A DNA stretch of 64,000 nt from NCBI GenBank assembly GCA_038087875.1, contig CM075987.1:18106001-18170000 (forward strand), read 5' to 3'. A program made the position numbers and the translations under genes. This DNA is from Malacoraja senta. Its lineage: Eukaryota. Positions 51,517 through 64,000 of the stretch are shown piece after piece (the first letter of the stretch is position 1; each line of letters begins with the position of its first letter). The notes under the pieces are model-generated. The model made no database searches, was not told where the DNA came from, and saw only the letters and a list, made by a program, of their open reading frames with translations.

Positions 51517-52954
51517 TTTAAATTTATTTTTATTGGAAGCAATTGTACAAGGATAAATCGCTCGGCATCTTCCATTATACAATTATTGTACAGCTTCATT
51601 TTTTTAAATTCATAACGAACACACAATAGACAGAAAACAAAAAACACCAATTAAAGAAACAAAAACAAAAAAAACAACAAAAAAAAAGAGTGGGGGGGCA
51701 GCCAGAATATCAATCAGAGTGCAAGATCAAAGTTTGCTCAGATTAAAGACATAGCACAGCAGCAAAATAAACAGATCAGATAATTATGCCTCTTCAAGCA
51801 AAATCAAAAATGGTTTCCACACCTTCAAAAAATAATTTTGTAAATTCCCTTTGTTAAAACGAATCTGTTCCATCTTAGCAATAGAAAGCATTTTGTTGAG
51901 CCACCTCTTAAAACATGGGGTGAGTGGGGACTTCCAATTCAGTAATATTATTTTTTTAGCTGCAACCATACCTGCTCTAAGAATCTGCTTCTGGTGGGAA
52001 GGAAGGGCCCTTGTATTGTCAGAGCAACCAAAAATAGCCAGATTACAATCAGGCGGAATATTTATTCGACATTGTTTGGAAAGACAGTTAAATATGTCAC
52101 TCCAGAAATTACTTAATACTGGACAGTGCCAAAATAAATGTGATAGTGATCCTTCTGCAGTACCACATCTGTCACACATGGAGGAAACCGATTCAAAAAT
52201 CTTGTTAAGTTTGGTTTTAGAATAATGTAGTCTGTGCAAGATTTTAAATTGGATTAATCTGTATCTAGAACTAATAGAGCAACTCTGTATACCGGACAAA
52301 CCTTCCTCCCACAGTTCATTTGACACAGGAGTGCCCAATTCTGCAGCCCAGGCCTCCCTGAGATGACCAGCTTCAACTGGTGTCGTAAAGGCAGTGACAA
52401 AGCGGGAGATCAAGTGTTTAGAGTCAGGCTGTGAGAGAAGTAGATCATAAAGAATGTGACTTTTTGGTTTGACTATGAATTCTGGTATACGCTCCCGTAC
52501 AAAATGCCTGACTTGAAAGGAGTGATAGAAGTGTTGTTGAGGAAGGCGATATTTAGTTTGGAGCTGAAAAAATGAGGCAAATTTATTATCTATGTAGAGA
52601 TCATCAATACAACAGAATGAAGTTATGGCCAACTAATTTGTAGGGAACCTGTGCTCCGAAAAAGAGCAACACTGGGAGAGAGGTCTCTGAAACAAACATG
52701 GATTCAATTGTTTGCCAGAGTGGGGAAACATCAGAAATCATCAGGAAAGCCCCACTGCCAGAAAGTGAGAGCCCTCGCATTTGCAGCCCAGTTGTAATGC
52801 TTCAGTACCGGAAGGCCAAGGCCTCACCCCTGTCCACATCTTTCTGTAGGTGGGCTTTAGCAATACGAGGGGATTTGTCTGCCCAGACAAATGAGAGTAT
52901 AACCAAATCCAGTTGTTTGAAAAAAGACAAAGGTAAGTAGACAGGAAGGTTTTG
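51517..52954 (-). mobile_element. L1-like 3' fragment (copy 2 of 11949-13384)
   Basis: ORF 51784-52632; same long flanking duplication. Confidence 0.9.
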
Positions 52955-55189
52955 GAATTACAACAAAACTATGGAATTCTTTAATTTGCCACAACCAGGA
53001 AATGGAAGGATGCACCTTGATGATGACAATCCAGTTTTGCTGCAGGTATTGCAATACGATAGAACTGAACAACAGCAATTTGTTGAGGAGAATGGGCCTC
53101 TGCTGAATGCTGAGCAGAGAGCAGTGTATGCACTCAATTTAACAGAAGGTGAAGACATTCCCCTTCAGCAGACCCAATTCCCCATTCAATCAAGTTTTGC
53201 TATGACGATCCATAAAGCACAAGGACAAACAATGCAGAAGGTGTTGATCTACCTCGACAAACCGGTATTTCAGCATGGAAAACTATATGTGTCTTTTAGC
53301 TGTTTCTATGATTCTATGAATAAAGGGGAGGTCATTTAAGACTGAGGTGAGAAAAAAAAATTTCACCCAGAGAGTTGTGAATTTATGTAATTCCCTGCCA
53401 CAGAGGGCAGTGGAGGCCAAGTCACTGGATGGATTTAAGAGAGAGTTAGATAGAGCTTTAGGGGCTATTGGAGTCAAGGGATATGGGGAGAAGGCAGGCA
53501 TGGGTTATTGATGGGGGACGATCAGCCATGATCACAATGAATGGCGGTGCTGGCTCGAAGGGCCGAATGGCCTCCTCCTGCACCTATTTTCTATGTTTCT
53601 ATGTTTCTATGGAAATGTCAACGTTTTCCAGAAGGATGGAACATCGACCAAGAATGTTGTTATTAAAAGCGTGCTTCGTTGAATGACGACTTCTGAGATA
53701 AATTCTCAGATTTTACTTCGGAGTCACGTGAGTGACTACGTGAAGAGCCCGTCCAGCATGCATGCGCGACATTAGCGTTCACGCAGTGCAACAGCGACGA
53801 CCGGGAGTACAGGCGCTCCCGCTACACGTCGGTGGAAAATAAACAGCGGACCATCAGGTAAGTCTTACTCTGTGGTCGTAATCAGCAAGCTGTGCTCTGC
53901 TCTGTATTCCAGGGGAACTGGGAAAATGAGCAGCACGGCAAAGGAAGAAAACCGCCCCCCGTTCGACTCCAACAGAACGGGAGTGTTCCATCAGTGGGGG
54001 GCGAGAGGCGGCACCTGGACCGCATATGCTGCGGTCCACCCTCATCGAGACCGAGCCGAGCCCAGTACCGCTAGCGCAGCCTGACCAACAGCAGCGGGCT
54101 GGAGGAAAAGTTTAAAAAAAAAATTTTTTTTTAAACCGGCCGGTTATGTCTGACTCCGATGAGGAGGGTCCGCCTTAGAGCGGCAGAACTAGCCGCCTGA
54201 GCCGAATGGAAAGGCTCATGGAGCAACTGCTCCAGCTAGACTTGCTTCAGGAGCTAGAGCAGTCTCGCCAGGGGGATCAGGCACTCCCACATCAGTGCTC
54301 TACAATGCACTGGCCATCGCTTTCCCCTCAAAGCAGGGCAGCGTTGGCGACCAGGGCTGGGCTGGTCAGGAACAGGGGTCATTGGCTGAAGATGTCGGGA
54401 GTACGCTTGGGGTACAGGATCAGGAAGAGCTGCTGGGTGTGGAGATTCGCTACGTGGTTACACCACGAGCAGGGCGGCCATTGGAGCCAAAACTGGCGGC
54501 CAGCATCAACCACCTGTCCCTCAAACCCCTACAAGACAGGTACTTAATGTGGCACTAGAGCTGGAAAACTGCAGTTCGCTCAATGTACCGGCTGTTAACA
54601 GCCAAATCTGGGGGGGGGGGCGGGACAGAGTATCCGGAACCAGGAGCTAAAATCCTCAAGCTCCTGACGACAGGGATAACAGCCTATGCTCGTTCCGTGG
54701 ATGGAGATAAATAACCTCCGCAAGGAGAGAATAAGACCTGCCCTCAATCCCAGGTTTGCAGGACTGTGTAAAACACCGGCCTCAGAGCCGCAGATCCTGT
54801 TATTTGGAAGGACAAGTGAAAGACCTGGAGGAAGAGTCCAAAGCATTTGGCCTCATGAGGGCAGGCCCCGGAACGAGCAGACCCACACACAAAACCAGAC
54901 GGCAGTACCCCACCGCGTCCACCAGTCAAGGTCAAATTTATGGAACTAGTGAAAGCTCGGGGTCCGCATACTATCCCCGAAAGCCTTTTTAGGCCAGGGC
55001 CCAGAGCGGACCCCATGGAAAATGCGCCACCCCCAATCAGCAGTACATCAGCAGTACATCCAGCAGTATAACGACGGATGAACAAACGGAAGAAAGGAAC
55101 ACTACCATAACTATGGAGGTAGGTGGGTCTGGTTCCTACCAGCATGTAAATGGGGAACTGTACTAACAGGAGGTGTCTCACGAATGATA

Positions 55190-56500
55190 GTTATATACTT
55201 AACAGTATTCGGGGATACAAAATAGAGTTCATTCAAGAAAACATGCCACCAGTTCAGCACGTACCCCAAAGGGTCTTTACCCTCTCAGTCAAAGAGAACT
55301 AGAGGCTCAAGCAGAACTGGGGAGGTTACTTACAAAGGGTGTCATTGAGAAATCCAAACATGAACCTTTGGAATTTGTCTCAAATATATTTACCAAAAGC
55401 AAAAAAGATGGTGGATGTCGCATCATCATTGACTTAACCTCACTAAATACCTGTGTTAAGTATGTACATTTCAAAATGGAAACATTTGTAACTGCTAAAC
55501 AACTGATTTCCAAAGGATACTTTATGGCAAGCATTGATTTAAAAGATGCCTACTATACAGTACCCATTCACAAGGGTCATCGCAGATACCTGAAAATTTA
55601 CCTGGATGGGGCAACTATGGCAGTATAAAGTGTTGCCTAATGGGTTGACATCAGCCCTAGACTATTTACCAAGATATTAAAACCAGCCTTGGCAACATTA
55701 ACGAAACAAAGACATATTGTCATGGCGTATCTTGATGATATCCTAATAGTAGGCAAAACCATGGAGTTGGCTAAATCAGCTGTATTAGCTACCAAACAAT
55801 TGTTTGAAACCCTGGGTTTGTCATACATCCAGATAAATCTAAGTTGACGCCATCCACAACTATGGACTATCTGACTTTCACAATTAACTCAATCCACATG
55901 TCTGTAACGTTGCCAAAAGGTAAAGCAGCAGAATTGCCACAGATGTGCAACAATTTAATGGTAAGCAATCGACCAACCATCCGACAAGTGGCAAGAGGAA
56001 TTGGCAAAATGGTAGCAGCATTTTCAGCTACACAATTTGGACTCCTGCACTATCAGCACCTACAAAGGGCAAAAGTACAGGCGTTGAAACGACATGCAGG
56101 TCACTTTGACAAAACCATGAAACTACCCATTGAAGCAATATCAGAGTTACAATGGTGGATATAACATTTGGCATTGTTCCAGCCCTATCATCATCAATAA
56201 CCCAACGTTAACTATACAAACAGATGCCAGTGCTCAAGGCTGGGGAGCAACTAATACCATATCCAGCACAGGTGGTAGATGGACTAACCTAGACTCATCT
56301 TTACTACAAACACTGGGCATAAATTATTTGGAAATGTTGGGTGCGTTTTATGGTTTTAAAGCATATTCTAGGAATATGCACAACTTGCATCTTCATTTAC
56401 AAATTGATAATATCACGGTGGTGGCCTATATTAACCATATGGGCGGAATAAAGTCGATATCATGTGACAATTGGGTCAACACAATCTGGTAATGGTGGGT
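55190..56500 (+). pseudogene. DIRS RT-RNase H, frameshifted
   Basis: 'KKDGGCRIIIDL', 'IDLKDAYY', YLDD at ~55728, 'IQTDASAQGWG', 'INYLEM', 'DNITVVAYINHMGG'. Confidence 0.9.
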
Positions 56501-56552
56501 CGATAGACATATTTGGCTATCAGCAACTTACCTACCAGGTAAGCTAAATACA

Positions 56553-56950
56553 GTGCCAGGTCACGCAAATTCAATGATAAACACCGAATGGATGTTAAAT
56601 CCTAGAGCTTTTACTAAAATTACAAACCAATATGGCACACCAGATATCGATCTCTTTGCATCCAGACTAAATCACCACGTACCAATGTATGTCCCTTGGG
56701 AACCACACCCTGAGGCAGCAGCGATAGATGCATTCACGCTGAACTGGGGGACCTATTTCTTCTATGCTTTTCCCCCCTTCTGCCTTAATCTGTAGGGTAC
56801 TACGCAAAATACAGATGGACTCTGCTTCAGGTATTTTGATAGTACCAACTGGCCTACACAGCCATGGTTCCCAGTGGTCCTCGACATGGTCATCGAAACT
56901 CCTATGACCTTTCCCAGTAGCCCAGACCTATTGACGCACCCTGTATCAGG
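56553..56950 (+). pseudogene. DIRS phage-type N6-adenine methyltransferase-like domain remnant
   Basis: 'PDIDLFASRLN', 'DAFTLNW', 'YAFPPF'. Confidence 0.8.
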
Positions 56951-57058
56951 CATAAGTCATCCATGCCATGACAAAATTAACCTACTGGGTTGCCGATTAT
57001 CAAAAGACCACTGCTGGGACTGGGGTGTCTGACAGGACCATCAACATGATGACACCGT

Positions 57059-57860
57059 ATGTCCACCAGGAAACAATACCTATCGAGCATCAGGAAGTGG
57101 GAAAGATACTGCTCGACTACTGGGACAACATACTCATCTGCAACCATAACCAATGTACTGGAGTTCCTGGGGGGCCTTCACCATAATGAAGGATTGAGCT
57201 ACAGCGCCATCAATACTGCCAGAAGTGCGCTGTCAGCCTACTTAAAACAGGTGCCAGGACAACAGGCCATAGGGTCTCAACCGCTGGTGATCAAACTCAT
57301 GAGGAGTATCGTCAACTCCAACCCTCTTAGACCTTGGTATACCCAAATCTGGGATGTCAGTGTGGTCCTGACATACCTAAGGGGATGGTCCCCAACCAGG
57401 TCTCACCCTGGAAAAGCTAACCCTCAAAACCGTCATGCTGATGCCACTAGTCTCAGCACAAAGAGTCCAGTCCCTCCACTTACTGCGACTGGACAACATG
57501 GTTATAACACCAGACTGGGTCATTCACCATTCAGGAGCTGCTAAAGCAGAGCAAGCCAGGAACTTGAGTCCTAGTTATGGATTTCCAGGCATACCCACCT
57601 GACCTACGGTTGTGTGTCATGACTCACTTATTCACTTACATCAACACAACAAGAGATTCTCGAGGGAAAAGGGAAAAAAAAAAAAGAAAAAAAAAGCCTT
57701 ATGGGTCAGCCACAAGAAACCTCATGGTTGGGTGTCGAGACAAACCATCTCGAGATGGCTCAAGCAGGTACTGGGAGCTGCTGGAGTAGATACTGATGTA
57801 TATACATCTCACTCCACCAGGGCAGCATCCACATCGGCGGCTAAAAGAATGAACATGGAG
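57059..57860 (+). pseudogene. DIRS tyrosine recombinase remnant
   Basis: 'STRKQY...W', 'LSYSAINTARSALS', 'WDVSVVL', 'TISRWLK...HSTRAASTS'; frameshifted. Confidence 0.88.
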
Positions 57861-58660
57861 AAAACGTTCCAGACGTTCTACCACAAGCCGCTAGCAGAAC
57901 CTGTGTTATTTGCAGAAAGAGTTTTAAAATCTGCAAAAATATATAATTTAAGCCCGGGGGAGCATTTTGTCTTTTGTTATTGTTTAATAGATACCATTAT
58001 TGTTTACAAACAGATTATGGTTGATTACGATAACATACTTCCTCCCTTGAATGACTTCGGCAGCGAGTGAAGTATGAACTGTTACACGGTTTGAAATCAC
58101 AGAGCTTTAAAATCTTCACGTAGTCACTCACGTGACTACGAAGTAAAATAGTAAGATTAAACGAGAACTTACCAGTTTGAAGTTTGATCTGTATTTTATG
58201 AGGAGTTACGATGAGGGATTACGTGCCCTCCGCTCCCACCCTCAATTATAGATCAACTGGTATCTTAGTTCTCCTTTTCTTTACTATGTTTATTTCAATT
58301 ATTGTGTTTCCTGTGATTCCACACCGCTGCTTTGAAGAATGTCGCGCATGCGTGCTGGACGGGCTCTTCACGTAATCCCTCATCGTAACTCCTCATAAAA
58401 TACAGATCAAACTTCAAACTGGTAAGTTCTCGTTTAATCTTACTATTTTCTTTGTTAAAATTTGAGCGCTGAATCTCTCTATATTTAAATTGTCTCTTTT
58501 TTTATCAACAGCAAAGAGACATAAAGACGCAGTGAGCAGCAACAAGAGACACAACAAGAAAGAACTTAAGAATTCTCATCTTTAACATTTAAATTGTTCT
58601 TATATTTTAAGAGTCATTCACATTTTAAACTTTAATAAATCCTTTTTCCACTTTTCATGC

Positions 58661-59804
58661 ATGCGTGTTCAGAACTGCTGTAGATTTGGGAGCAACAGCA
58701 GCAGGAGATTAGCAAGAGATACGACTGATTGGCTCTAGCCCGAGTGGGAGGAGAGAAGTGAGTCAGAGGGGGGAAAACAGTTGAAAAGTAGAAGCCAAGC
58801 ACAGGCAGACTGTGTATCAATATAGTAATCCGGGTAGGGGATTCTTAAATAGGACCAGTTATTTACTTATATAAGATGGGCGGCCAGGAGATGTGCCAAT
58901 ACTGTGAGATGTGGGAATTTGTCGACACCATTGAAGTAGATGGTGTGGATGATCCCTACAGCTGCAGTAAGTGTTTGAGGCTAGCGGAGCTCGAGCTCCG
59001 CATTGAGGAGCTGGAGATCCAACTTCATACGCTGCGGTACATCAGGGAGGGGGAGTATTACCTGGATGTTTTGTGCCAGGGGATGGTCACACCGACCAGT
59101 TTAACTAATTCAGTAGTGAGTGAGCAAGGAAAGGAAGGTGTGGCCATAAGCGAGGCAGGTAGGGGGAACCAGGAGGAGATGCGGCAGGAGCCACAGCCCT
59201 TGTTCCTGACGAGCATGACCAAGGCTCTTACTCAATGTGAGGATGGGATCAGGGGCTGTGGGAGGGATGAGCAACCTGGCTGCAGCACCGTGGATCAGGG
59301 GGACATTCAAGAGGGGGGAGTTAGAAGAAATGCCGTTGTGATAGGGGATAGTATTATTCGGGGGGTAGATAAGGTTCTCTGCGGCCAGCAGAACATGTCC
59401 CGAAGGCTGTGTTGCCTACCCGGTGCTAGGGTTAAGGATATCTCTGCGATGCTGGAGAGAAATTTGCAGAGGGAGGGGGAGGATCCAGTGGTCGTGGTCC
59501 ATGTGGGGACCAATGACATAGGAAGGACGAGGAAGGAGGATCTGCTGAAGGAGTTTGAGCAGTTAGGGAATAAATTAAAAAGCAGAACCTCGAGGGTACT
59601 GATCTCCGGATTGCTACCTGAGCCACGGGCCAAATCGGCGAGAGTACGTAAAATTAAAAAGCTGAATGCGTGGCTCAAAGACTGGTGTGGGAAAAATGGG
59701 TTTGGTTTCTTGGGCCACTGGCACCAGTACTGGGACAGGGGGGATCTGTTCTGTAAGGACGGACTTCACCTGAACGGTGCTGGGACTGGGGTCCTGGCAA
59801 ATCA
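58661..59804 (+). mobile_element. CR1 5' part only (5' UTR plus ORF1 from 58876), 3'-truncated; copy 2 only
   Basis: CQYC...CSKC zinc finger, coiled coil 'LAELELRIEELEIQL', SGNH blocks 'IGDSII', 'VGTND', 'DGLH'; ends at a poly-C tract. Confidence 0.88.
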
Positions 59805-61894
59805 CCCCCCCCCCCCCACTGGCCTGCAATATTGGAATTGGTGAAGAGGTGGAATATTGCGTTGGGTGCCCAGCCCTCCCGTGTGATGCTGGGACCCAAC
59901 GGGTCCCACATAGTCTAGTACCTAGTATGTTCTGTTGTGCTGAAGCAAAGCAAGAATTTCATTGTCCTATCAGGGACACATGACAATAAACTCTCTTGAA
60001 TCTTGAGGTTAGACATGCACATCACCCCCCCCCCCCCCCATCCCCTCCCCCTCCCCGCCGTCCCCAACCTCCACCTTGAGTGGGATGCCTGTGCTTCTCT
60101 TGGGTCTGTACAATAAACAGGTGGCTGGAGGATCCTCAGCTTGTGAATCTTTGGTAGAAATAGGTGTAGCCCAGATCACGCGGTGGTTTATCCGAGGTAC
60201 AGACTTTCTGGTCAATGCAGATCACACACCTGACGGGGAGAGAGGAAGAATGAGAAGGTAGAGAGGGAACTGTGTGTTGGGGTGAGAGGGAGAGGGGGAT
60301 GAGGAGGTAGATAGGGAATGGTGTGATATAAAGAGGGAGAGAGGAGGAGAGAGACATGGGGTGGAGTGTGAGATGAGAGTGATGGAGGAGTGGGAGAGAG
60401 AGAAGGGGAGACTGGGAAGAGGGAGAGGGTGGAGCGGGAAGTGGATTAGTGTGGGGAGAGAGGGAAGGTGTAGGGAGAGAGAATGGTAGTCGTGTGTGGA
60501 GAGAGAGGTGGAGGTGAGCGATTGGGAGTGAGAATGGCGTATGAGTGTGGGAAGAGATGGGGAGGTGTGTGGGGAGTCAGAGGGGACGAGAGTGAGGAGA
60601 GTGGGAATGGAGTGAGGAGAGGGGAGGTGTATTGTGGAGTCCGAGGACCCGAGGAGTGGGACGAGAGAGGATGTGGGGTAGGAGGCGGCATGAGGAGCGT
60701 GTGGATAGCAGGGGGAGGGGTGTGGTGAGTGAGAGGGGGTGGAGTGAGGGAAACGGGATGGAGGAGTGTGGGTAGAGTGAGGGGATGAGTGTGAGAAGGC
60801 TGGTGGGAGTGAGGTGAGCAAGAGGGTCAGGTGTGGGTAGAGAGAGGGGAGGTGTGAGGGTGGTGGGGTGAAGAATGGGGAAGGGGGAGTTGGGGGAGTT
60901 GGGGGAGAGTGGAGAGTTAAGACTCTGTCTCACGGTGTTGCGGTCATTGGCGGTGAAGCGCGGCGTCGCTGGAAGAGGGGACCGCACGTCAACCGCGAGA
61001 GCGCCGAGCCTATGCCGCGGGAGCGCCGCACGGATGCTGCGCGGGGGCCGAGTGATCTCAGTACGGCCGGTCCCACGAGCTTGCGGTAAGTTAAAAAAAA
61101 TTTAGCCTTACCGGAAGCTGTTGCTGTGCGTATGCCGGGTGACCACCGCACGGCCTGTCCAACGAGCATGCGATCGCGGACTTACCGGAAGCGGGGGGGT
61201 GCGCGGACGTCCATTTTGGGAGGAGTCTATAAGCTCGAGCCTGACGCCATTTTGAGCGTATTTGTGAAGCTCGAGCCTGACGCCATTTTTTTGCAGGTAA
61301 TCAAAATCGCTGGCTATCAAAAAGATATATAATTTTGAAAATCATGCTGGGAAAAGGTCTTTATTATTGAGAGTCTGAAACATTCTAACCACTATTAATA
61401 TAATTGATTTATAGCCTGATTTTCTATACCAAGAGGTTTCTTAGAAACACAACTGTCCCATTATAGTATAATACCTGCACTGATTTAGACTACAGGTGGT
61501 TCTGCTATAATATGAGAGTTTTGTTCCTAAAACCTTGTGTTATAGAAATTTGCTTTATAAAAGACAATTTTATAAAGGGGGTTAGGGCCTAGGAATTGTA
61601 GACCAGCAATAACAAAGTTAGTAATAATAATAGGATGATTGTAAATAACAATATATCGCTTGTCGACTTCAGTGGTCACTCGTGGTTACAGTAGCAGCTG
61701 TGTTCGTAGAGAGACAATGAACATAGAACAGTATAACACAGGAACAGGCCCTTTGGTCCACAAAGTCCATGCCAACTCTCCCTACGTAAACTGAGCCTAC
61801 AGTGAAAGTGAAAATAACTTGTTCAGAATATTTGCACTTATTCTTTATCTTAATTTTGCAGCAAACTTTATTTGGACCTGTAAACTACTGCACA

Positions 61895-63199
61895 ATGGAA
61901 GAGATTGAGATTGCATTGCTGCTACACCAACAGACACTTCTCTTAGCAGCAGCCCTCATGGTTGCAGGTCAGCCGTGCAGCAGTTCAACAAAGAAGGTTA
62001 TGAAGAAGAAGAAGAAGCCCAGGAAGAGGTCTGTGTGGACAAGGTCTTTGTTCCGGATGAGACTTACTTTGGGCCAGTATGAGACCATGATGATGGATCT
62101 GCAGCGGGTAGATGATGCTGCCTTTAGAAATTTCACCAGGATCCCCCCTGACCTGTTTCAGGAGCTCAAGACACGAGTCGGACCTCTACTGCAGAAAAGG
62201 GACACCGTCATGCGGAAGTCACTGGAACCAGGACTGCGCCTAGCCATCACCCTCCGCTACCTTGCATCAGGGGATTCCTACAAGAGCCTCTCGTATAACT
62301 TCCGTGTGGCTCACAACACCATCAGCAGTGTAGTCCGAGAGACTTGTGACGCCATCATCAAAACATATGATGAGCTTATTGACTGCCCAACTACACCAGA
62401 CGGGTGGAGGAGTGTGGCGCACGGCTTTCAAAGCAGTTGGAACTTCCTGCACACATGTGGGGCTGTTGATGGGAAGCATGTGGCCATCCGGTGTCCACCC
62501 GGGGGAGGTTCTGTGTACTTCAACTACAAGAAGTTCCATTCCATCGTGCTGTTAGCTGTGGTAGATGCAAACTACAACTTCATGTTTGTGAATGTGGGCA
62601 CACCTGGCAGTGCCGCAGATGGAGGGATCTGGAGAGAGACCTCCCTTGGGCAAGCATTGGAAGAAGGGAGAGCAGGCCTTCCTGATCCAGAACCTCTGCC
62701 GGGAGAAGACAACCCTGACATCACCTACGCACTGGTTGGTGATGATGCCTTCGCACTCAGGCCATGGATGATGAAGCCATACCCTCACAGGGGGATGTCA
62801 AGGGAGCAAAGGATCTTCAATTACAGGCTGTCCAGGGCTAGGAGGGTAGTGGAAAATTCTTTTGGTATCCTTGCTAGCAGATTCAGATGCCTGCTGACAA
62901 CAATGGAGCAGGAGCCCGAGAATGTGCAGGCCATTGTCTACGCGGCATGTGTCCTCCATAACCTGATCCGCACCAGAGGTGCATCTGCAGCCTTGGTGGA
63001 GGGTGACACGATGGACAAACAGACTGGTGAAGTCACACCAGGTTCATGGAGAGCTGCAAGACAGGCATCACTGATGGTGGCACTAGGGTCATTGCAAGGA
63101 AACACCAGCAACAAAAGAGCAAAGGAGCTGAGGAACCATCTCTGTGCTTACTATAACTCAGAGCGAGGCAGTGTACCCTGGCAGGACAATATGTTTTGA
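61895..63199 (+). CDS. Harbinger transposase, copy 2
   Basis: ORF-track translation identical to copy 1. Confidence 0.95.
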   Translation: MEEIEIALLLHQQTLLLAAALMVAGQPCSSSTKKVMKKKKKPRKRSVWTRSLFRMRLTLGQYETMMMDLQRVDDAAFRNFTRIPPDLFQELKTRVGPLLQKRDTVMRKSLEPGLRLAITLRYLASGDSYKSLSYNFRVAHNTISSVVRETCDAIIKTYDELIDCPTTPDGWRSVAHGFQSSWNFLHTCGAVDGKHVAIRCPPGGGSVYFNYKKFHSIVLLAVVDANYNFMFVNVGTPGSAADGGIWRETSLGQALEEGRAGLPDPEPLPGEDNPDITYALVGDDAFALRPWMMKPYPHRGMSREQRIFNYRLSRARRVVENSFGILASRFRCLLTTMEQEPENVQAIVYAACVLHNLIRTRGASAALVEGDTMDKQTGEVTPGSWRAARQASLMVALGSLQGNTSNKRAKELRNHLCAYYNSERGSVPWQDNMF

Positions 63200-63807
63200 G
63201 GATCAAAAGCAAACAGGGGATGTCAGGGTTGTCTTCTCACGGCAGAGGTACCCGATCATGAAGGCCCCAGATCTAACAAAAGTGCGATCCATGTATGTTG
63301 ATGGATGGTTTTACATTGTGAAATTATTAATTCTGTGTTAATAGTAATACCTACATCACTTATTTTAAAATTGCCTGATCTTTAAAGCGTTTAAATGCCA
63401 TTGTTTGATTTTCATGGCTTATAATGACAAATTTTGCAATTCAATGCTATTCTATGCCTGTTTGTGTTTTATTTCTCTAATAAATCAATGCTTTTGTATG
63501 TGAGATGCATTCCATCATTAGAGGTTGTTTCCATATGAGAGATCTACGCCATGATTAACAGACACTTTTTTTCACAATACAATATTAAATTTAAACTGTT
63601 TATTTAGTGGAAACAATTAACATATTGAAAAACAAGAAATTCTTTTTAAATATGCAACACAATTCCACAGAACATTGTTCATTAGTGCAAGCAAACAAAT
63701 AACGTAGTGAGAAACAACAGTGAATTAAACGTTAATGTGCAACACTCAAGCAGACACAACAGTGAATTTTGGGGGCAATCTCACTCCTTACGGCCCATGT
63801 CCACATG

Positions 63808-64000
63808 TCAATTATCAATATAAAAGTCTGAGAGTTCTGTGCCGGAGTTTGTGCTTTCTTCGGGACCCTCAAATTGCACATGGAAATCGCTTTCCCCTAG
63901 CCTATCCATGCCACGTGATGAATGATGTGGCGGTGGGGTGTGTCCACTGACATAGTGGGGGGGGCCTGCCATCCACGGGTATGCCATAGAACGGGATTCC
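63808..64000 (-). CDS. Last exon (partial) of the MADF gene, copy 2
   Basis: Matches 20569-20761 with about five substitutions and no new stop. Confidence 0.75.
   Translation of the reverse strand, partial: ESRSMAYPWMAGPPHYVSGHTPPPHHSSRGMDRLGESDFHVQFEGPEESTNSGTELSDFYIDN

Larger units (their letters stand above)
53711..58445 (+). mobile_element. Full-length DIRS1-type tyrosine-recombinase retrotransposon, ORFs disrupted
   Basis: ITR cores ~53737-53773 and 58338-58374; ICR 58113-58225 complementary to both termini; RT, RNase H, MT and YR remnants; empty site at ~14250-14254. Confidence 0.95.
48482..59918 (+). mobile_element. Probable Helitron (copy 2) with nested DIRS and CR1 ORF1
   Basis: A|TC at 48481/48482; hairpin 59891-59907, CTAG 59915-59918; helicase remnant 52971-53683. 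Confidence 0.7.
39513..64000. repeat. Large direct duplication of 1-~20760 (segmental duplication or second haplotype)
   Basis: Same ORF track and sequence at offset 39512, shifting to 43239 after copy-specific indels. Confidence 0.97.
60920..64000 (+). mobile_element. PIF/Harbinger transposon, copy 2 (runs off window end)
   Basis: TTA 60917-60919 plus left TIR; same insertion site as 17681. Confidence 0.93.

Overview
Eukaryotic, almost entirely repeat-derived DNA. The repeat families (CR1, L1/Tx1-like, Rex1/Babar, V-SINE/HE1-like SINE, DIRS, Penelope-type short repeat) suggest a cartilaginous fish such as a skate or ray; this is an inference. Bases 1-~20760 recur at 39513-64000 (offset 39512, rising to 43239), with a 200-N gap at 25741-25940 between the copies, so each copy acts as an empty/filled-site control for the other. 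Main findings: (1) a complete 5304-bp PIF/Harbinger transposon (17681-22984) with TTA target duplication, imperfect 37-bp TIRs, an uninterrupted DDE transposase and a convergent six-exon MADF/Myb-like gene (430 aa) missed by the ORF track; the transposase 3' UTR also holds a 48-nt antisense copy of its own CDS. (2) A full-length DIRS tyrosine-recombinase retrotransposon (53711-58445) with ITRs and ICR, present only in copy 2. (3) A probable non-autonomous Helitron (8969-16678; TC start, hairpin-CTAG end, helicase remnant) loaded with nested insertions, including a 97-bp hammerhead-ribozyme-like insert with a 14-bp TSD. (4) One C2H2 zinc-finger exon truncated by the gap.
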